A stretch of DNA of 64,000 bases from Phoronis australis (Eukaryota; Animalia; Phoronida): contig NMRA01000709.1 of the NCBI GenBank assembly GCA_002633005.1, positions 78,037-142,036 of the forward strand, in the 5' to 3' direction. The notes beneath the pieces are model-generated. The model made no database searches. It had not been told where the DNA came from and worked only from the letters and a program-made list of their open reading frames with translations. Of this stretch, positions 51,492 through 64,000 are shown piece by piece; the first letter of the stretch is position 1; each line of letters begins with the position of its first letter. The translations under genes and the position numbers were made by a program.

Positions 51492-54400
51492 TATACAACG
51501 CTGTCAAAATTCTTTTGAAAATCGAAGCTCATTACCCATGCTTTTTGAATACCACACAATTCCATATCCATAGGGGTATAATATTTTTTCATTTCCAGAG
51601 CCCAACAGTCTCAGTTTTCTCTACCATTTAAATAGTAGCTATAGCAGTAGTTGCTACATGTTTTTATTGTTCTAATTACTGTTAGTAATAGCAGAATTAC
51701 CAGGTGTTATTATTGTTGGTGTTATTATTATTGGTATTTTTATTATATTTGTTATTACCATTTTCAAATTATGTGTGTGAATGACTGTAAGAGTGAGTGA
51801 GTGAAATTTCTCAAATTTTGTTTACTTAAGACGGACTACAAGAACTGGCAACGATACCCAACACTACCTTCACTAATTCTGGTGATAACATTAATGAGAG
51901 TGAAAAAACTAACATTCAAGTGACAAATGAACTACTTGCCTGTTGTGAAACTGATTGATGCTGACGAATCTAGACTTTCATATGGATCCGATATGCAGTT
52001 CAGCAGTTATATCTAATGGTGGTTGACCATCCCCATTTCATTTCAAAACCAGTACTATCCCCATAGTGGTATCCAGTTATGTAATCGAATTACAAAGGTA
52101 GCTAGCTCAGGCCAAGCCTCATAACATCAGTTAATACCCTGCATTGTTGGCTTTGCCAGGTCTACTAAAGAACTGCTTGAGAATAGACCATCATTCATCA
52201 AGAGGGATAGTAAATTTAAGCAACTAATCAGATAATCCTAACAATATGTTCATGCACACTGCTAGGTCATTGTTCATTTTTTCTTAGAACTTGACCATTT
52301 AATTCTAATACAATCACCTTAGAATTTAAGTATTTTAGGTGCATAATAACTTATTAAACTTTAAGTTCATTCTAGGCTGGATTTTTCTCGGACATTTTTC
52401 ATACCAGTGTAAGCAACTGTAGTACCCAAAACAGTGAACAAGTTTGTCACAAAGCACTGTATTCTCTAGATTCAATTCATATGTTATATTTGAGGATTCT
52501 TTTGGCCTGAAATTTGTTGTTCTGTCTTTGATAAATTTGTATTTTTTTCTTTGTTTGCACTTTTACCATCTTTAAACCTCTGCTTTACAGTATTGCTTTT
52601 CACCAGGTTTCTACACCTGGGTGTACAATCTGAAAATCTCTGAATCAAAGTTTAACTGTTATAAACCAGTTGACACACTGGTTGACCTCCAAGCTGTACT
52701 GACCATTTATTGCTCTGTTTGCATCACATTACCAGAGGACAGCAGGAGGTTGGCAATTTAACTTCAGTGGCCAAGAAAGATTTCCCACACCTTGGCTAGA
52801 GTGATAGGTTCTCTATACATTGAAGTAAAGATTCTGCAATTTATAACGCAATATGATGGAACAGTAAAATTTTATTTTGTCAAAATTTTCAACAAAAGTA
52901 AAAAAGAAGGAAACATTTACGTCATTACTTGTTAAACTGGAAAAATGGCTACTTTGGCAATTTTTTTTGTTCTGAATTGTGGAGTCTGCTGATATAACAA
53001 GGAGAACCCAAAACTATGTCAGCCGCATTTTTGCACATCCAAACTTATTTAACAAGAACAATGTTTTACCATCCTTTAGGCTATTGAATCACGTGGTCAT
53101 TCAAATGGAACTTTGCTATTTTTACTTTCTACTCATTCGTAAATAAATTCTAAAACAAACAAAAGCGTAGACATTATATGTGTGTGCATGTTAATTCATT
53201 GTACACCAGCAAATTTTAATTCATTTACGATGAAATTTGTTTCGTTAGTTTATTCCCTTTAACTTTAACGTTTTCACATTCCCATCAATAGGACAAAATC
53301 ATTGTGTGGTGAATTGAAGCTGTGGTTGTGAAATTTAGCATATTTTTGCGAAAGTGAATTTTCTGTTTGAGCTAAGATACCTGTAGCTTGAAAACCAATA
53401 CGGGGACTCTACTTTTTTGCTCATGTCATTGTACATACACAGGATATTAATGAAAAAATTTTTAAAAATTAGGATTTTTCGATTAAATTTTTGCATAGAA
53501 GCCAAAATGCTCAATTGTGAGGTACCCAAAATCATGGAAAAATGTGCTGTAACACTGATGTAAGAAAACCATTTAACCGGGAAATATTATTGAAGCTGCT
53601 GCAATATAAAATTGACATCCTGCAATGAAACGATACCATTTTCAAGAGGATTGCAAGTACTAATTTGATTAGAGATGAATTCTCACATTTTGCCCAAGGT
53701 ACCCGTGTTCGCTCACATGGGGGAAAAACTAATGGGTGGCCCCCACTTTTTATTACAGATTTGTAGTACAAATTTTAAAATTAGCGCGTATGTGAACAAC
53801 AACATGTTGATCAGCCTTTCAGTTTACTCACTATATAAACCATTCTCAAAACAAAAGTTCACATTATTCAATCAGGTGACATAGGTGGAGAATAGACTCT
53901 ACAGGTACACCTCAAATTGCATTGTGAGGGAAAAGACCTGAAATCATAACAGTTGGAACTCAAATGAATCAATGTTTCTATTGAGATAGTGCTCAGCATG
54001 ATTCAACAGCATATACATAGCTCCTTTGAGAGGAGACTGAGGGTGGCATTATCCTTGTCTAACACTTGAACACTAGAGAAATCTATAGTGCCACTAGTTG
54101 GCAATGAATGGATAAGAACAGCACTGTTTGTGTCTTTACAATGAGTCTTTGTTTACGTCTGCACTAATTTTAAAGTTCCTACTCATATTTTGTCCAAAAA
54201 CAGTTGTGATTAGATTTGTAGCAGCCTAAAACCAAAATACAAATTATAAAAACTTACAACAAGTCTATCAAAAATTAAAACTGCCGAGCCCCGTTATGTA
54301 AGTTATCTTACATAAAACCATGGTTTAGATTGACCACCTTTCTGGATTTTGGAAAATAACGACAGTTCCCACTGACACCTTTTTATTTCTGCTCCCCTGA

Positions 54401-57400
54401 TTTTTCAGCTTTTGAAGAAATGCAAAATTGCCAAAATTTGTATAAAGTTGTCAAAGCAGGCCAAGTTCGAAGCGATCAAGAAAGAATGTTATTTTTATTT
54501 TTCTGCTGAAAATAAGTAAACCAAGTAGTAAAAAATGCTCAACCCCATGGCCCCCTCGTCCCATGCCCTGAGGCAATAGAGGTGTTTTTGCGATTTTTAC
54601 ATCTTGCAGAACGGTGCCGAATGCGGAATGGTTCCATAACTGTCCCATTTATTAATTATTGTTAGGGTAGAAATGCTGATACATTTATGTTTTATGTTTG
54701 TTGCGCATTAAGATTTGAATATTCGGTGGCTGGTGTTGACGTTCTACCAAAAGCGGTAAAATGGCATAGACAGGATGTCAATTTTTCCCAAGTCTGCTAA
54801 GAACTAGGTTTCTGCATCAGAAATCATTCAGCAAGTTCCCCACTGATAATCATTGTTCATGTTGACACAATAATGTGTTATAGAGAATAGAATGTATTTC
54901 AACTTTAATGCACAAGAAGAAAATTAAACAATTTGTGAGCTCCACAAACCATTGTTTGCGGAACCGTTCTGCATGCGGAACACCATTCTGCAACAATCAC
55001 ATTGATCAACTAATTATTGTTAGGATTGTCACAATGATACTTTCAAGTGGTACTAAGAATAGCATGCATTTTAAATTTATTTGAAAAAACAAATACAACA
55101 CAAAACCATTCTATTTGGGAAATAGTTACCCAAGAGGAACGGTTCCACACGCGGAACGGTTCCACGCGCGGAACGGTTCCACACGCGGAATAGTTCCCCA
55201 ACTGTTCCGTTTATTAATTATTGTTAGGGTACAAATTCTTAATATACATTTATGTTTCATACTCGTTGCACGTTAACATTTGAATATTCCGTATCTTGTA
55301 TTAACATTCTGCCAGAAGCAGTAAAATGGCATAGACAAGTTATCAATTTTTCCCTGAGTCTGCTTGTGGTAGGTTTCTGCATCAAAAACCATTCAGCAAG
55401 TTCCCCACTGATTAATTATTGCTCATGATGACACATTGATATTTTCACGTGTTATTCAGAATAGAATATATTTCAACCTTAATGTGCAAGAAGAAGTTTA
55501 AAAAATTGTGAACTCCACAAAACTATTGTTTGCGGAATGGTTCCGCATGCCCAACCATTCCGCATGCAGAACGGTTCCGCAACTGTCACTTTTATTAATT
55601 AATTATTGTTAGGGTAGAAATTCTGATACTTTTATGTTTAATGCTTGTAGCACATAAAGATTCGAATATTTCATGGCTTGTGTTAAGGTTCTTGCAAAAG
55701 CGGTAAAATGCCATAGACAAGATGTCAATTTTTCCCGAGTCTGCTTCAGGTAGGTTTCTGCATCACAAACCATTCAGAAAGTTCCTCACTGATTGTTCAT
55801 GTTGACACATTGGTATTTCCATATGCTATTGAGAATAGAGTATATTTCAACTGAAATGTGCAAGAAAAGTTTTTTTAAAACTTGTGAGGATCACAAAAGT
55901 ATTGTTTGCGGAACGGTTCCGCAACTGTCACATTGATCAACTAACTACTGTTATGATTGTCACATCGATACTTTCAAATGGCATTGATAATGGAATGAAT
56001 TTTAAGTTGATTGGTGAAATCAAATACCCAGCAAAACCATTCTGTTTGGGAAATCGCTCCCCATGCGGAAGGGTTCCGCATGCGGAACGGTTCCGCAATT
56101 GTCACATTGTTCAAGTAATTACTATTAGGATTGTCACATTGATACTTTCAAGTGGTATTGATTATGGAATGCATTTTAACTTTATTGGTCTTGAGAATTA
56201 AAAAGATTGAGTGCTCCAAAAAACTATTCTGTTTGGGAAACCGTTCCGCATGTGGAACCATTCTGCAACCGTCACGTTGATTAATTATTGAGAATGGGCA
56301 TTGATTTTTAAAAATAGATTATTTTGATTATTATTCCACAAAATATACATAATATTTCGCAAGTCACGGTATTCCACAAAACTTGCGCAGTATTCTTCAA
56401 GTGCTTAATATTCCATAAAATCTGTGTAATATTCCGCAAAATCCGCGGAATATTCCGCACATTTGCGGAATATTCCGCATGGCGAAAATTGAACTTCTAA
56501 TTAAGAAAATGCTAATGGAGGAAATAAAAATGTAACATTGTAAACATGTTTATGGTAAGGTATAGATTTTTTATACCATTTTTATGGCCCTAAGTGGATA
56601 TAAAAAAGTGCAGAACTGTTCCGCACACTTTGAGACTGAGAATTGTCTTGGTAAGGCTGATGTCATGAGTCGCTGGATGACTGGATGCGTGACAGTGTAA
56701 CAGTTATTTTTCGGTAGATTTGGGGGTTGTAAGGGTGTGGAAGTATTCACTATCTGTGGATAATTTTGACTTTAAAAGATCTAATATGACTAATTTAATA
56801 ATTCCCCCTTAAAAATAACGCCAATGTTTTTACGGTATTAGAAGCTTTTGGAAATAAGTGCCAGTTTTTATTTGTTGCCGATGTTATGCTACCAGTTTCA
56901 TGAATAGATAGTTCCCGAAGACTAATCTTCGATGACAGGTGCTTGAATGTAGGGCGGGCTTCCTTGCCTCGTACTTTTAACCGAACAAAAGTCAAGTTTT
57001 TATTAGTCTTCAATTCGTGGTTTTCACGTGTAGAGAGAAATTTGGACTTCTGTTGAGGGAGATCTGTATGGGAAATACTATACAATCCCTTTGATATTGT
57101 TTCTGTTCTGAAAGGCCAGACCATAATTGGACACGTCCTTCGCAAGATCAGCAAAACTTGCAATCTTTCTGAAGCTTGGCGGAAGTTTAAAGTGTATAGT
57201 CATGGCTAAATACCGACATAGCAGCGATTCTTGTGGTCTACATATTCCGCACAAAATGATTTTTTCGGATCTTATTGATAAATTGAAGACATTACTAACT
57301 GTAGAATTTTAGAACTGTAGGTTTGGCATTTTTGCATGTACACAGTGTTCATGCACTTGGTGCTTATTTTAGCAAAGTCTGAAAAAGCCTGGGGGATGAT

Positions 57401-58175
57401 TATAGGGGTATGGGTGCTTATTAGGGCAAATACGGTATATACTGTCAGGTATTTGAATTGTCAAAGTTGTCTACCCAGCTGGCAAGTTAAGTTAAACCAT
57501 TGTGTGAATAGTGAATAACTCGCATTTTGATGTGATTTGATTACTTTATTCACTTGTTTTCTATTGTTTGTTCGCTGTGTTATCTAAAAGCTGCAAAGTA
57601 TAGGGTGGCAAGTTCTTCCTACCCCTTTGCCCCCCATGTCACTTCTCCCTAGACCCTTCCCCCTCTTACTTCTCCCCATCCCTTCCCCCCTCTCACTTTC
57701 CACAATCCTGTTTTGTGAAGTATTATTTGAACTGGCGTGATGCTGAGGCAATATTGTTTAGAGTTCATCGGTGTAGTTGGCCTTGTTTAACAAAGCCAAG
57801 TAAATCTGAAAAAAGCCATGTATCTATAAAACAAATTACGTTTAGCCTTTATATTTAAGGCCCTGCTGGACTGTATAATTACCCAATCACATTCACTGTC
57901 TTGTTCTGCCCACACAAATCAGTGGCTTGTGCGAAGAAATCGGGTGATGGCCATCAATCGTAAACCTTCCTATTTTGTGATTAAAATTGTTTCTGGAAGA
58001 ACGCTATTGTAAAATCTGCATGGGGTATAAGCAGAACATGCACATTCCAACAATTAATGGCGGCTTTGACAAAACACTAGCGAATGATAGCAGATTTGGC
58101 AAACGTTCATTTTGGCACCTTTTCACTTTGCTTTTGTAGGCTGAGACCTCACTATAGCATTTTTGTAATACGCAG

Positions 58176-58414
58176 GACCCATATGAACGCCACCGTGGAC
58201 CCCTGAGGGGCAGAGGACGCAGTGGTCCGCACAGACCCCTGTCTTATGACAGGTTCCCACCACCCGTGATGCAAAGTCCATATGAAGAACCTGAGTATGT
58301 GCGACCCCGCCCACACAGAGAGGATTTCCGTGAAGAGAATTATCCCCCACCTCGTCGTCGACCAGATTCTTATGAAGAAGACCCATTCTTTGCCAGAGCT
58401 CCTTTCAGGGAAAG
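58176..58414 (+). CDS. YLPM1: YLPM1-like coding exon 7 (Arg/Pro/Asp/Glu-rich)
   Basis: atacgcag|gac ... gaa ag|gtatac, phase 0-2, translation DPYERHRGPLRGRGRSGPHRPLSYDRFPPP...APFRE. The gene continues beyond the window. Confidence 0.8.
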
Positions 58415-58532
58415 GTATACCAAACTGTCTCACTTACATGTTCACTTGATACTTAACTTCTGTTTTATGTTCATTTCACTTTTTTACTGAATTCACTTTT
58501 GTATATTTTGCTCATTACATGTTCACGCTTAA

Positions 58533-60156
58533 AGGAGAATGCCACCTGATTTAATTAGTCTTTTTGCCATCTTAATCGGTCTATATCCACTTCGCCATGC
58601 ATACGGTCGACCTTAGCTTGCCAGGAGGTGTCGCGTTAACCTGTGAGGAAGGTGAGAAACGACACTAGCGACGTCAGTGGTTTATATGCAGAGTGAATGC
58701 CGGTATGTTGCGGTGCATCGTTCCCGCTTGTGTGAACTAAGCAGCTGCGAGGAAAGCGGGTATATGGTTTTTTTTTACTTCCTTGAAAGTCCGAAATGCT
58801 TAGGAAGTGGCTCATGGTAGTGAAGAATGAAATGTACGCTGTAAATAGCAAGTATGAGGCCGTGAAACATCTCCGTGTCTGTGGCCTGCAGACGTCAACA
58901 GTGCCTGACGAATGCCGGCTTATCAAATAACTCCATACGTTCCGTTGTCTGAGCTTGTTCACGGCACCTCTCTAGTATTTCTTCATCACTGTATTCCTGT
59001 TCGAATTGATAGCCTGTAAAATTTAACGATCCACCTGCGAAGTCGAGACTGATGAGCTCTAGCTCGTCCCAAGTCGGGATTGCGAGTTGCCATGTTTGGC
59101 GTTTATTACTGAGCGTTCTGTTTCAAAATGATTTGTTCTCACCCTAACCAATACTTATAAAACTGAAACACAGTCTGTCTCATTAGATGCAATTTGTAAT
59201 GCCTTTGGAGTGTTCGTGAATGCAAATGATTTGAGAAGCCAGCAATGAATAAATCACTACGTTACTGGCTTTAGGTGCAATAAAACTAATTGACGGGACA
59301 CCGAGGCCGTGTGAGCTCATGCTAATTTAGTGTTTGCTGGCAGAAACTGTTGTGAAACAACTCGATTTTCATCCCACGGCCAATCTTTATTTACATTTGC
59401 ATTACTCAAATAATGATTGTCAATGTACAACCTAAATTCGCGGCCCCCGACAAGTAAGTAGATTTGCAGTTTCGTGGCTAAATCACCGACATAATCAGGT
59501 GCACATTACTTTGGCTCACAAGTATAGTATTTTCTTAACTGTAAGTTTAGTTTCCACTGAACTTTGGCTGGTTATGTTCGTGATGTCTGATAAGTTTCCG
59601 AGCCACTGGCCAGGATGAGTCAATCTGGCCGGCTGCGACGGGTGTGATCGGGCTCCGAGCCACTGGCCAGGATAACAAGCGTTTTGTGTTTAGAACTCAA
59701 AAAATCACAAGTCTAAACAACACAGATCTAGGTTCTCTTGTCTGTATCTCACGGAAAATACTTCGAAATTATCTCCGAACAGACCTCAAACTCCTGCTAG
59801 GGACCTTATTGGTCTGCCGAACTTTATAGGCTACGGTGTTTCCAAATACCAATAAATCCGTAAGAGCGAAATAAAACAACAGGTTTTTATAAGAAATCGG
59901 TGTATTTTTAAGGGTTCTATAGCGAAGTTTGATGATTTATTGGTGTTAAACGATGACTTCAAGCGATAAGCTGACACCAGTAACCCGTGTTGTGAACTGC
60001 TTAGCAGACTGCATGTGAAACCGATGACGTCATTGGATAATTTCAACACTGTCTGCCGTCAGGTGTCAGGTAACGCAACCGTACATGTCGTTATGGAGTA
60101 GAACTACTCGATCTAAATTGATACAAATTAGGTTGTTTTTTGGGTGGCATACTCCT
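58533..60156 (+). mobile_element. Kolobok-type MITE family K, copy 2
   Basis: TTAA|AGGAGAATGCCAC ... GTGGCATACTCCT|TTAA. Confidence 0.9.
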
Positions 60157-61712
60157 TTAACTTCTTTGTATCATGTTTCCTGCATGCGCTCAATTACTTC
60201 TATGTGTTATGTTCAGTACATGATTGTTCACACTAAACTGCTCTGTGCCGTAATTTTTGTCTGTCTGGATCTTTCGTCTGCTGCTGTATCTCCAAATCCA
60301 TGTTCCTTATCCTTTTGTCCACCCATATCCTTTTGTCCCTCTTTCCCTTTTGTGTGCCTTTCTGTATGATCAGATTTTTAAATCTTGGTCCTACATTTAA
60401 GCTTCTCATGTTAACCTTATTTAGTGTAACCTTAGTTAAGGGATGCCTCCAAAACCCATGTATAACCCCAAATGGTTAACATTAAGTGCGTGCCTATAAA
60501 TTCCGAGGCGTTAATTCTGAATTTAAACGAGCTCAACTCTTTAAATGGTTGAAACAAAAAGAATTATGATATAGTTTACTTACAAGAAACATACAGTGTT
60601 CCTACCTCCATTGATAAATGGGAACGTGAGTGGGGTGGTCCGATATTTTCTGGTCACGGCACTAACCATAGTAAAGGCACTACCAATTTAATTCATCCAC
60701 GTTTGGATTTTGAACCTTATTTAGTCCAGAACGATACTTACGGTAGATACAATGTTCTCAATTGCAAAATTGCAGAACAAGAGTTCATTTTACTCAATCT
60801 GTACTTTCAAAATGAAACCAGGAAACAAGTCGAATTTCTGGATTTCATTAGTTTAGAACTCCATAATTTTGTAAACAACCAAAGTATTCTTTGCACTGGT
60901 GATTTTAACTGCACTCAAACAGACATAGATAAGAAAGGAAAACTAGTGTATTCCACGAAAAGTCTTGTAATACAGAACATCAACTTTTTTAAATCTAATT
61001 TAGAGTTGTACGACGTATGGCGTGAAAATAACCCAGGTGTGAGGAAGTACACTTGAAGGGATAAGATTATGACATGTCAAAGTAGAATTGACATGTGGCT
61101 GATTTCCAGATAAGTAGCAGTCAAAGACGTTGCCATTATTAACGACTTTGTGTTTTCAGACCACTCTGCCATTACTTTACACTTTGAAATATCCGAAAAT
61201 GCGAAGAGAGGTCCTGGTCTTTGGAAATTTAACACTAATTATTTAAACGATACCAATTATATAGACCAAATAATTAAATGTGTCGAATTTTATAGTACTC
61301 AATACCGACATATTGAAGACAAAAATTTAGTGGGGGAATTACTTAATATGGAAGTAAGGAAAACTTCAATCTCTTTTGCAAAAGAGGTTGCAAAGAAGAC
61401 CCGCTCTGACGAAATTGTTTTAATAGAAAAAATTAATGCTTTGACTGCCAAGGCGGAAAGCGACCCTTTAGAAGAATTAAGCCAAAATTAATTTGCAAAT
61501 TATCCTGAACCAAAAAATTAAGGGCTTGATTATGCGTAGTAAAGCGCAATGGGCAGAACAAGGCGAGAATGGAAAATATTTCAAAAACCTAAAGTTGAGT
61601 CACTGCAAGCAAAAACATATTAACGCCCTTAAAGATGGTGCTAAAGTTAAACATGATGCATCAAGCATACGGAATATTCAAGTGAACTATTACAAAAAAC
61701 TTTACTCTGATA

Positions 61713-61841
61713 TTGTTGTTTTATTACTTCATTGTGTTATATTACTGTTTTTCGTGTTGAGGGCCCTCTTGGAAAGCAGTGCTATCACTGAAGAGGCCAC
61801 CCTCATTTTAAATATCACAATAATAAATAAATAAATAGATA
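61713..61841 (+). mobile_element. Short 3' tail of a LINE/SINE (stem-loop plus (AATA)n) inserted in the Tx1 ORF
   Basis: Hairpin gagggccctctt-cagtg..cactg-aagaggccaccctc followed by aataataaataaataaata. Confidence 0.6.
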
Positions 61842-61968
61842 GATATAATTGAAGAATGCAATGGAGAACGAGCGTATCCAATCGACCTTTTTAATTTACC
61901 AATCCATAAATAGCTATCTCCTGCAAATTCTTACAATTTAGAAAAAAATCTAACAGAAGACGAATTAT

Positions 61969-62474
61969 CAAGGCTTGGAATTTACCGCGGAAACGCGGAT
62001 TTCCGCTTTTTTCAAATGTTCTGTCCGCGTATTTTATTGTATTTCCGCGTAAAAAAAATTGAATTTTATATAAAATCTCCGCGGCAAATTTCTTTCTTAC
62101 TGTGGCGTTGCCGACGACTTTCACCTCGAAAAGCGGAAATTGCTCTTTATGTTTCGGAGGAACGTAAATTGTCAACATTGCCGGAGCATCTGGGATAGCG
62201 TAATGGATTTCTTCAATGGCCTCTCGTGTGATTGTAAACCACGGTGACAAATACTACGACTCTGCAGCCAAAAATGTGTGGAGGTGGGAGTGTGGGAGTG
62301 GACGGACGAGCTAAAAAGACGCAGATCCACGCTTCTGGAGGTGGTACCTTTTTTTTCAGTCCTCCCGATTTCTGTCGGCTAAAGATCCACATGGACTATT
62401 TAAAGGCTGGGTGCGCGCGTGTTTTTGGGCCGTAAAAATTTCCGCTTTTTTGTCATTGGCCATTCCAAGCCCTG
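61969..62474 (+). mobile_element. hAT6-type MITE, short copy
   Basis: Ends caaggcttggaat / attccaagccctg and TSD AATTAT on both sides. The LINE frame resumes after it. Confidence 0.9.
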
Positions 62475-62853
62475 AATTATATGAATTTCTGTCACAGACA
62501 AAACCTAGCAAGACGCCTGGTAATGATGGCATCAGCTATGAATTTTATAAAATCTTTTGGACTGTAATTAAAGACGATTTATTGGCGAGCGTCACATACA
62601 GCTTTGGAAATGGTCACATGTCCAATTCTCAAAAGTAAGGCGAAATCACGTTAATCCCAAAAAGTAAACAGTCCGAGGAATTACTCTCTTTAGACAATAG
62701 CGGAGTTGCAACCGAATCGATTCAACGATTGCGCATGTCTGGAAATTAGGGTGCGCAAAGGCTATTGGGATTGATTAGGGTATGTGTAATGGCCGATTGG
62801 TTTGCATGACGTGTGGTTTGTGTGTATTAAACTATGCTGCTGTATGTAATTCT

Positions 62854-63445
62854 GCCGCTATTCGCCCTAATAAGTGTCCATGTCCCAATAAGTGCCCCAA
62901 CGCATTTTCAGACTTCGCTAAAGTAAGCGCCCAGCCCATGAACTACATGCGAAAATTGCCTTACCTACAGTGCTAACGTCTTCAATTTATCAATTGAAAG
63001 ATCCGACAGTCCTGAATTTGTGGACCACGAGCCTCACCGTTATGTCCGTAGACACTTCAAACTTACGATGCGATTCAAAAAGAAGGGATGTGCCCCATTA
63101 CGCGGGTCCGGACTTTGAAAACAGAAGAAGCATACTTGTCAGCAGGATTGCATTGTTTCTTTCCGGTACAGATCTTCTCCGGCCTCAACAGGAATCCAAA
63201 CTTCATTGTACACGTGAAAACCGTGAATCGAAGACAAATAAACAAAACTCTACCAGTGTTAGCAAGTGGCCAAGAAGCGCGCCCTGCATAATGCACTGGC
63301 CATAGACATCACATTATTGTATTAAGATGTCTATGTTACTGGCTGTCATCGAAGACATTTAGTCGGGAACTATCTATTCATGAAACGGGTAACATATCAC
63401 TGGCAAGAAATAAATATTGGCACTAATTTCCGAAAGTTTCTACTA
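62854..63445 (+). mobile_element. MITE family M, diverged copy 3 (5' part)
   Basis: Starts tattcgccctaataag and is colinear with 10930-11420. Confidence 0.7.
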
Positions 63446-63450
63446 ATAGC

Positions 63451-64000
63451 TGGGCAGATAGTGGAAAAATCATGCATTTGATGATACAAGCACCAAAATT
63501 GGCATGGTGACATCCTAAGGTATACTCTACAGATCTACCCGACTAGCCACCTAATAATCCAAAATGGCGGTCGTTTTTCAAAATGGCCGCCATTTGATGC
63601 TTGTGAGTAATGCTTTTCCTCGTAAATCTGTCTCTGCCCATCCGATTTTCATGAACTTGTTGTCAAATTGTATGTTTTTGGATATGCTGAATTCATTTTT
63701 GATATTTTCAGAAGCATTTTAATACCATATGGGCAACTACTGATAAAATAAGCAAAAAATTACAACATCAAAATGCATCAATTAACGAGAAACGGAACTG
63801 TGCTCTCGAACATCAAATACAAACTAAATGGACGGAATCATAAATCACAAACATAGTCGAGCATGAACATCACATTAATGCTAAAATAATATGTTGTTCA
63901 GAATCTATTGTCTATTATAAATTCCTTTACACAACGACGTTACTGGTCACATACACAGCTACACAGAGCGTTACAAGAAAGTCCTGCTTGAAAACATTTG
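63451..64000. mobile_element. Terminal region of a further DNA transposon that runs out of the window
   Basis: Abrupt break in M homology, followed by accaaaattggcatg and caaaatggc(g/c)g motifs typical of transposon subtermini. Confidence 0.4.

Larger units (their letters stand above)
47084..56636. mobile_element. Large foldback-like Kolobok-type element with ~1.7-2 kb modular inverted arms
   Basis: Left end TCAA|GGCGAT. The left arm (47084-47388 plus 49578-50920) mirrors ~54600-56636. The last ~35 bp of the right TIR are deleted. Confidence 0.8.
45394..57435 (-). mobile_element. MITE family M, copy 2 (~1.5 kb), expanded by nested inserts
   Basis: TA|ccgtattcgccctaata ... tattagggcaaatacgg|TA. 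Sequence on both sides of 47084-56636 is colinear with copy 1. Confidence 0.85.
60472..62698 (+). mobile_element. L1/Tx1-clade LINE ORF2 (APE endonuclease to RT N-terminus), decayed and interrupted
   Basis: Endonuclease motifs LQET, GDFN, SRID and SDH, then RGPGLWKFN, RSKAQW and KTPGNDGISYEFY. Truncated at ITLIPK..LDN. Confidence 0.9.

Noticed and set aside
51800-54100. Additional host exons or a transposase in the foldback core
   Set aside because: Only short, stop-rich frames with no motif I can identify.
10929-57435. Large segmental inverted duplication of 11-15 kb at 45-57 kb
   Set aside because: Homology stops at the MITE termini and the nested insertions differ, so these are dispersed TE copies.

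Overview
AT-rich animal genomic DNA, most likely an invertebrate; not prokaryotic. One spliced host gene lies on the + strand. Seven phase-compatible GT-AG coding exons (16739-16898, 18119-18211, 25180-26716, 28972-29026, 32766-32939, 33789-33950, 58176-58414) encode the N-terminal part of a probable YLPM1/ZAP3-like protein that continues past the window. Nearly everything else is nested transposable-element sequence. It includes a full-length decayed BEL/Pao LTR element, a decayed hAT-like transposon with Spindlin-like Tudor sequence, and ISL2EU-like and Academ-like inserts. It also includes hAT MITEs with 5-, 6- and 8-bp TSDs, Kolobok (TTAA) elements, Tc1/mariner-type TA elements, Helentron/DINE-like elements, a Penelope (Naiad-like) remnant with a hammerhead core, and L1/Tx1 fragments. 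Four observations stand out. (1) An inverted Kolobok pair closely brackets exons 4-7, which total 630 nt and would form a stop-free circular ORF if back-spliced. (2) One hAT MITE family inserted twice, independently, into one host MITE family. (3) A Tc1-like element appears to carry a divergent BEN-domain gene. (4) A long hairpin sequesters the Penelope hammerhead core. All family and domain calls are by eye; no searches were run.
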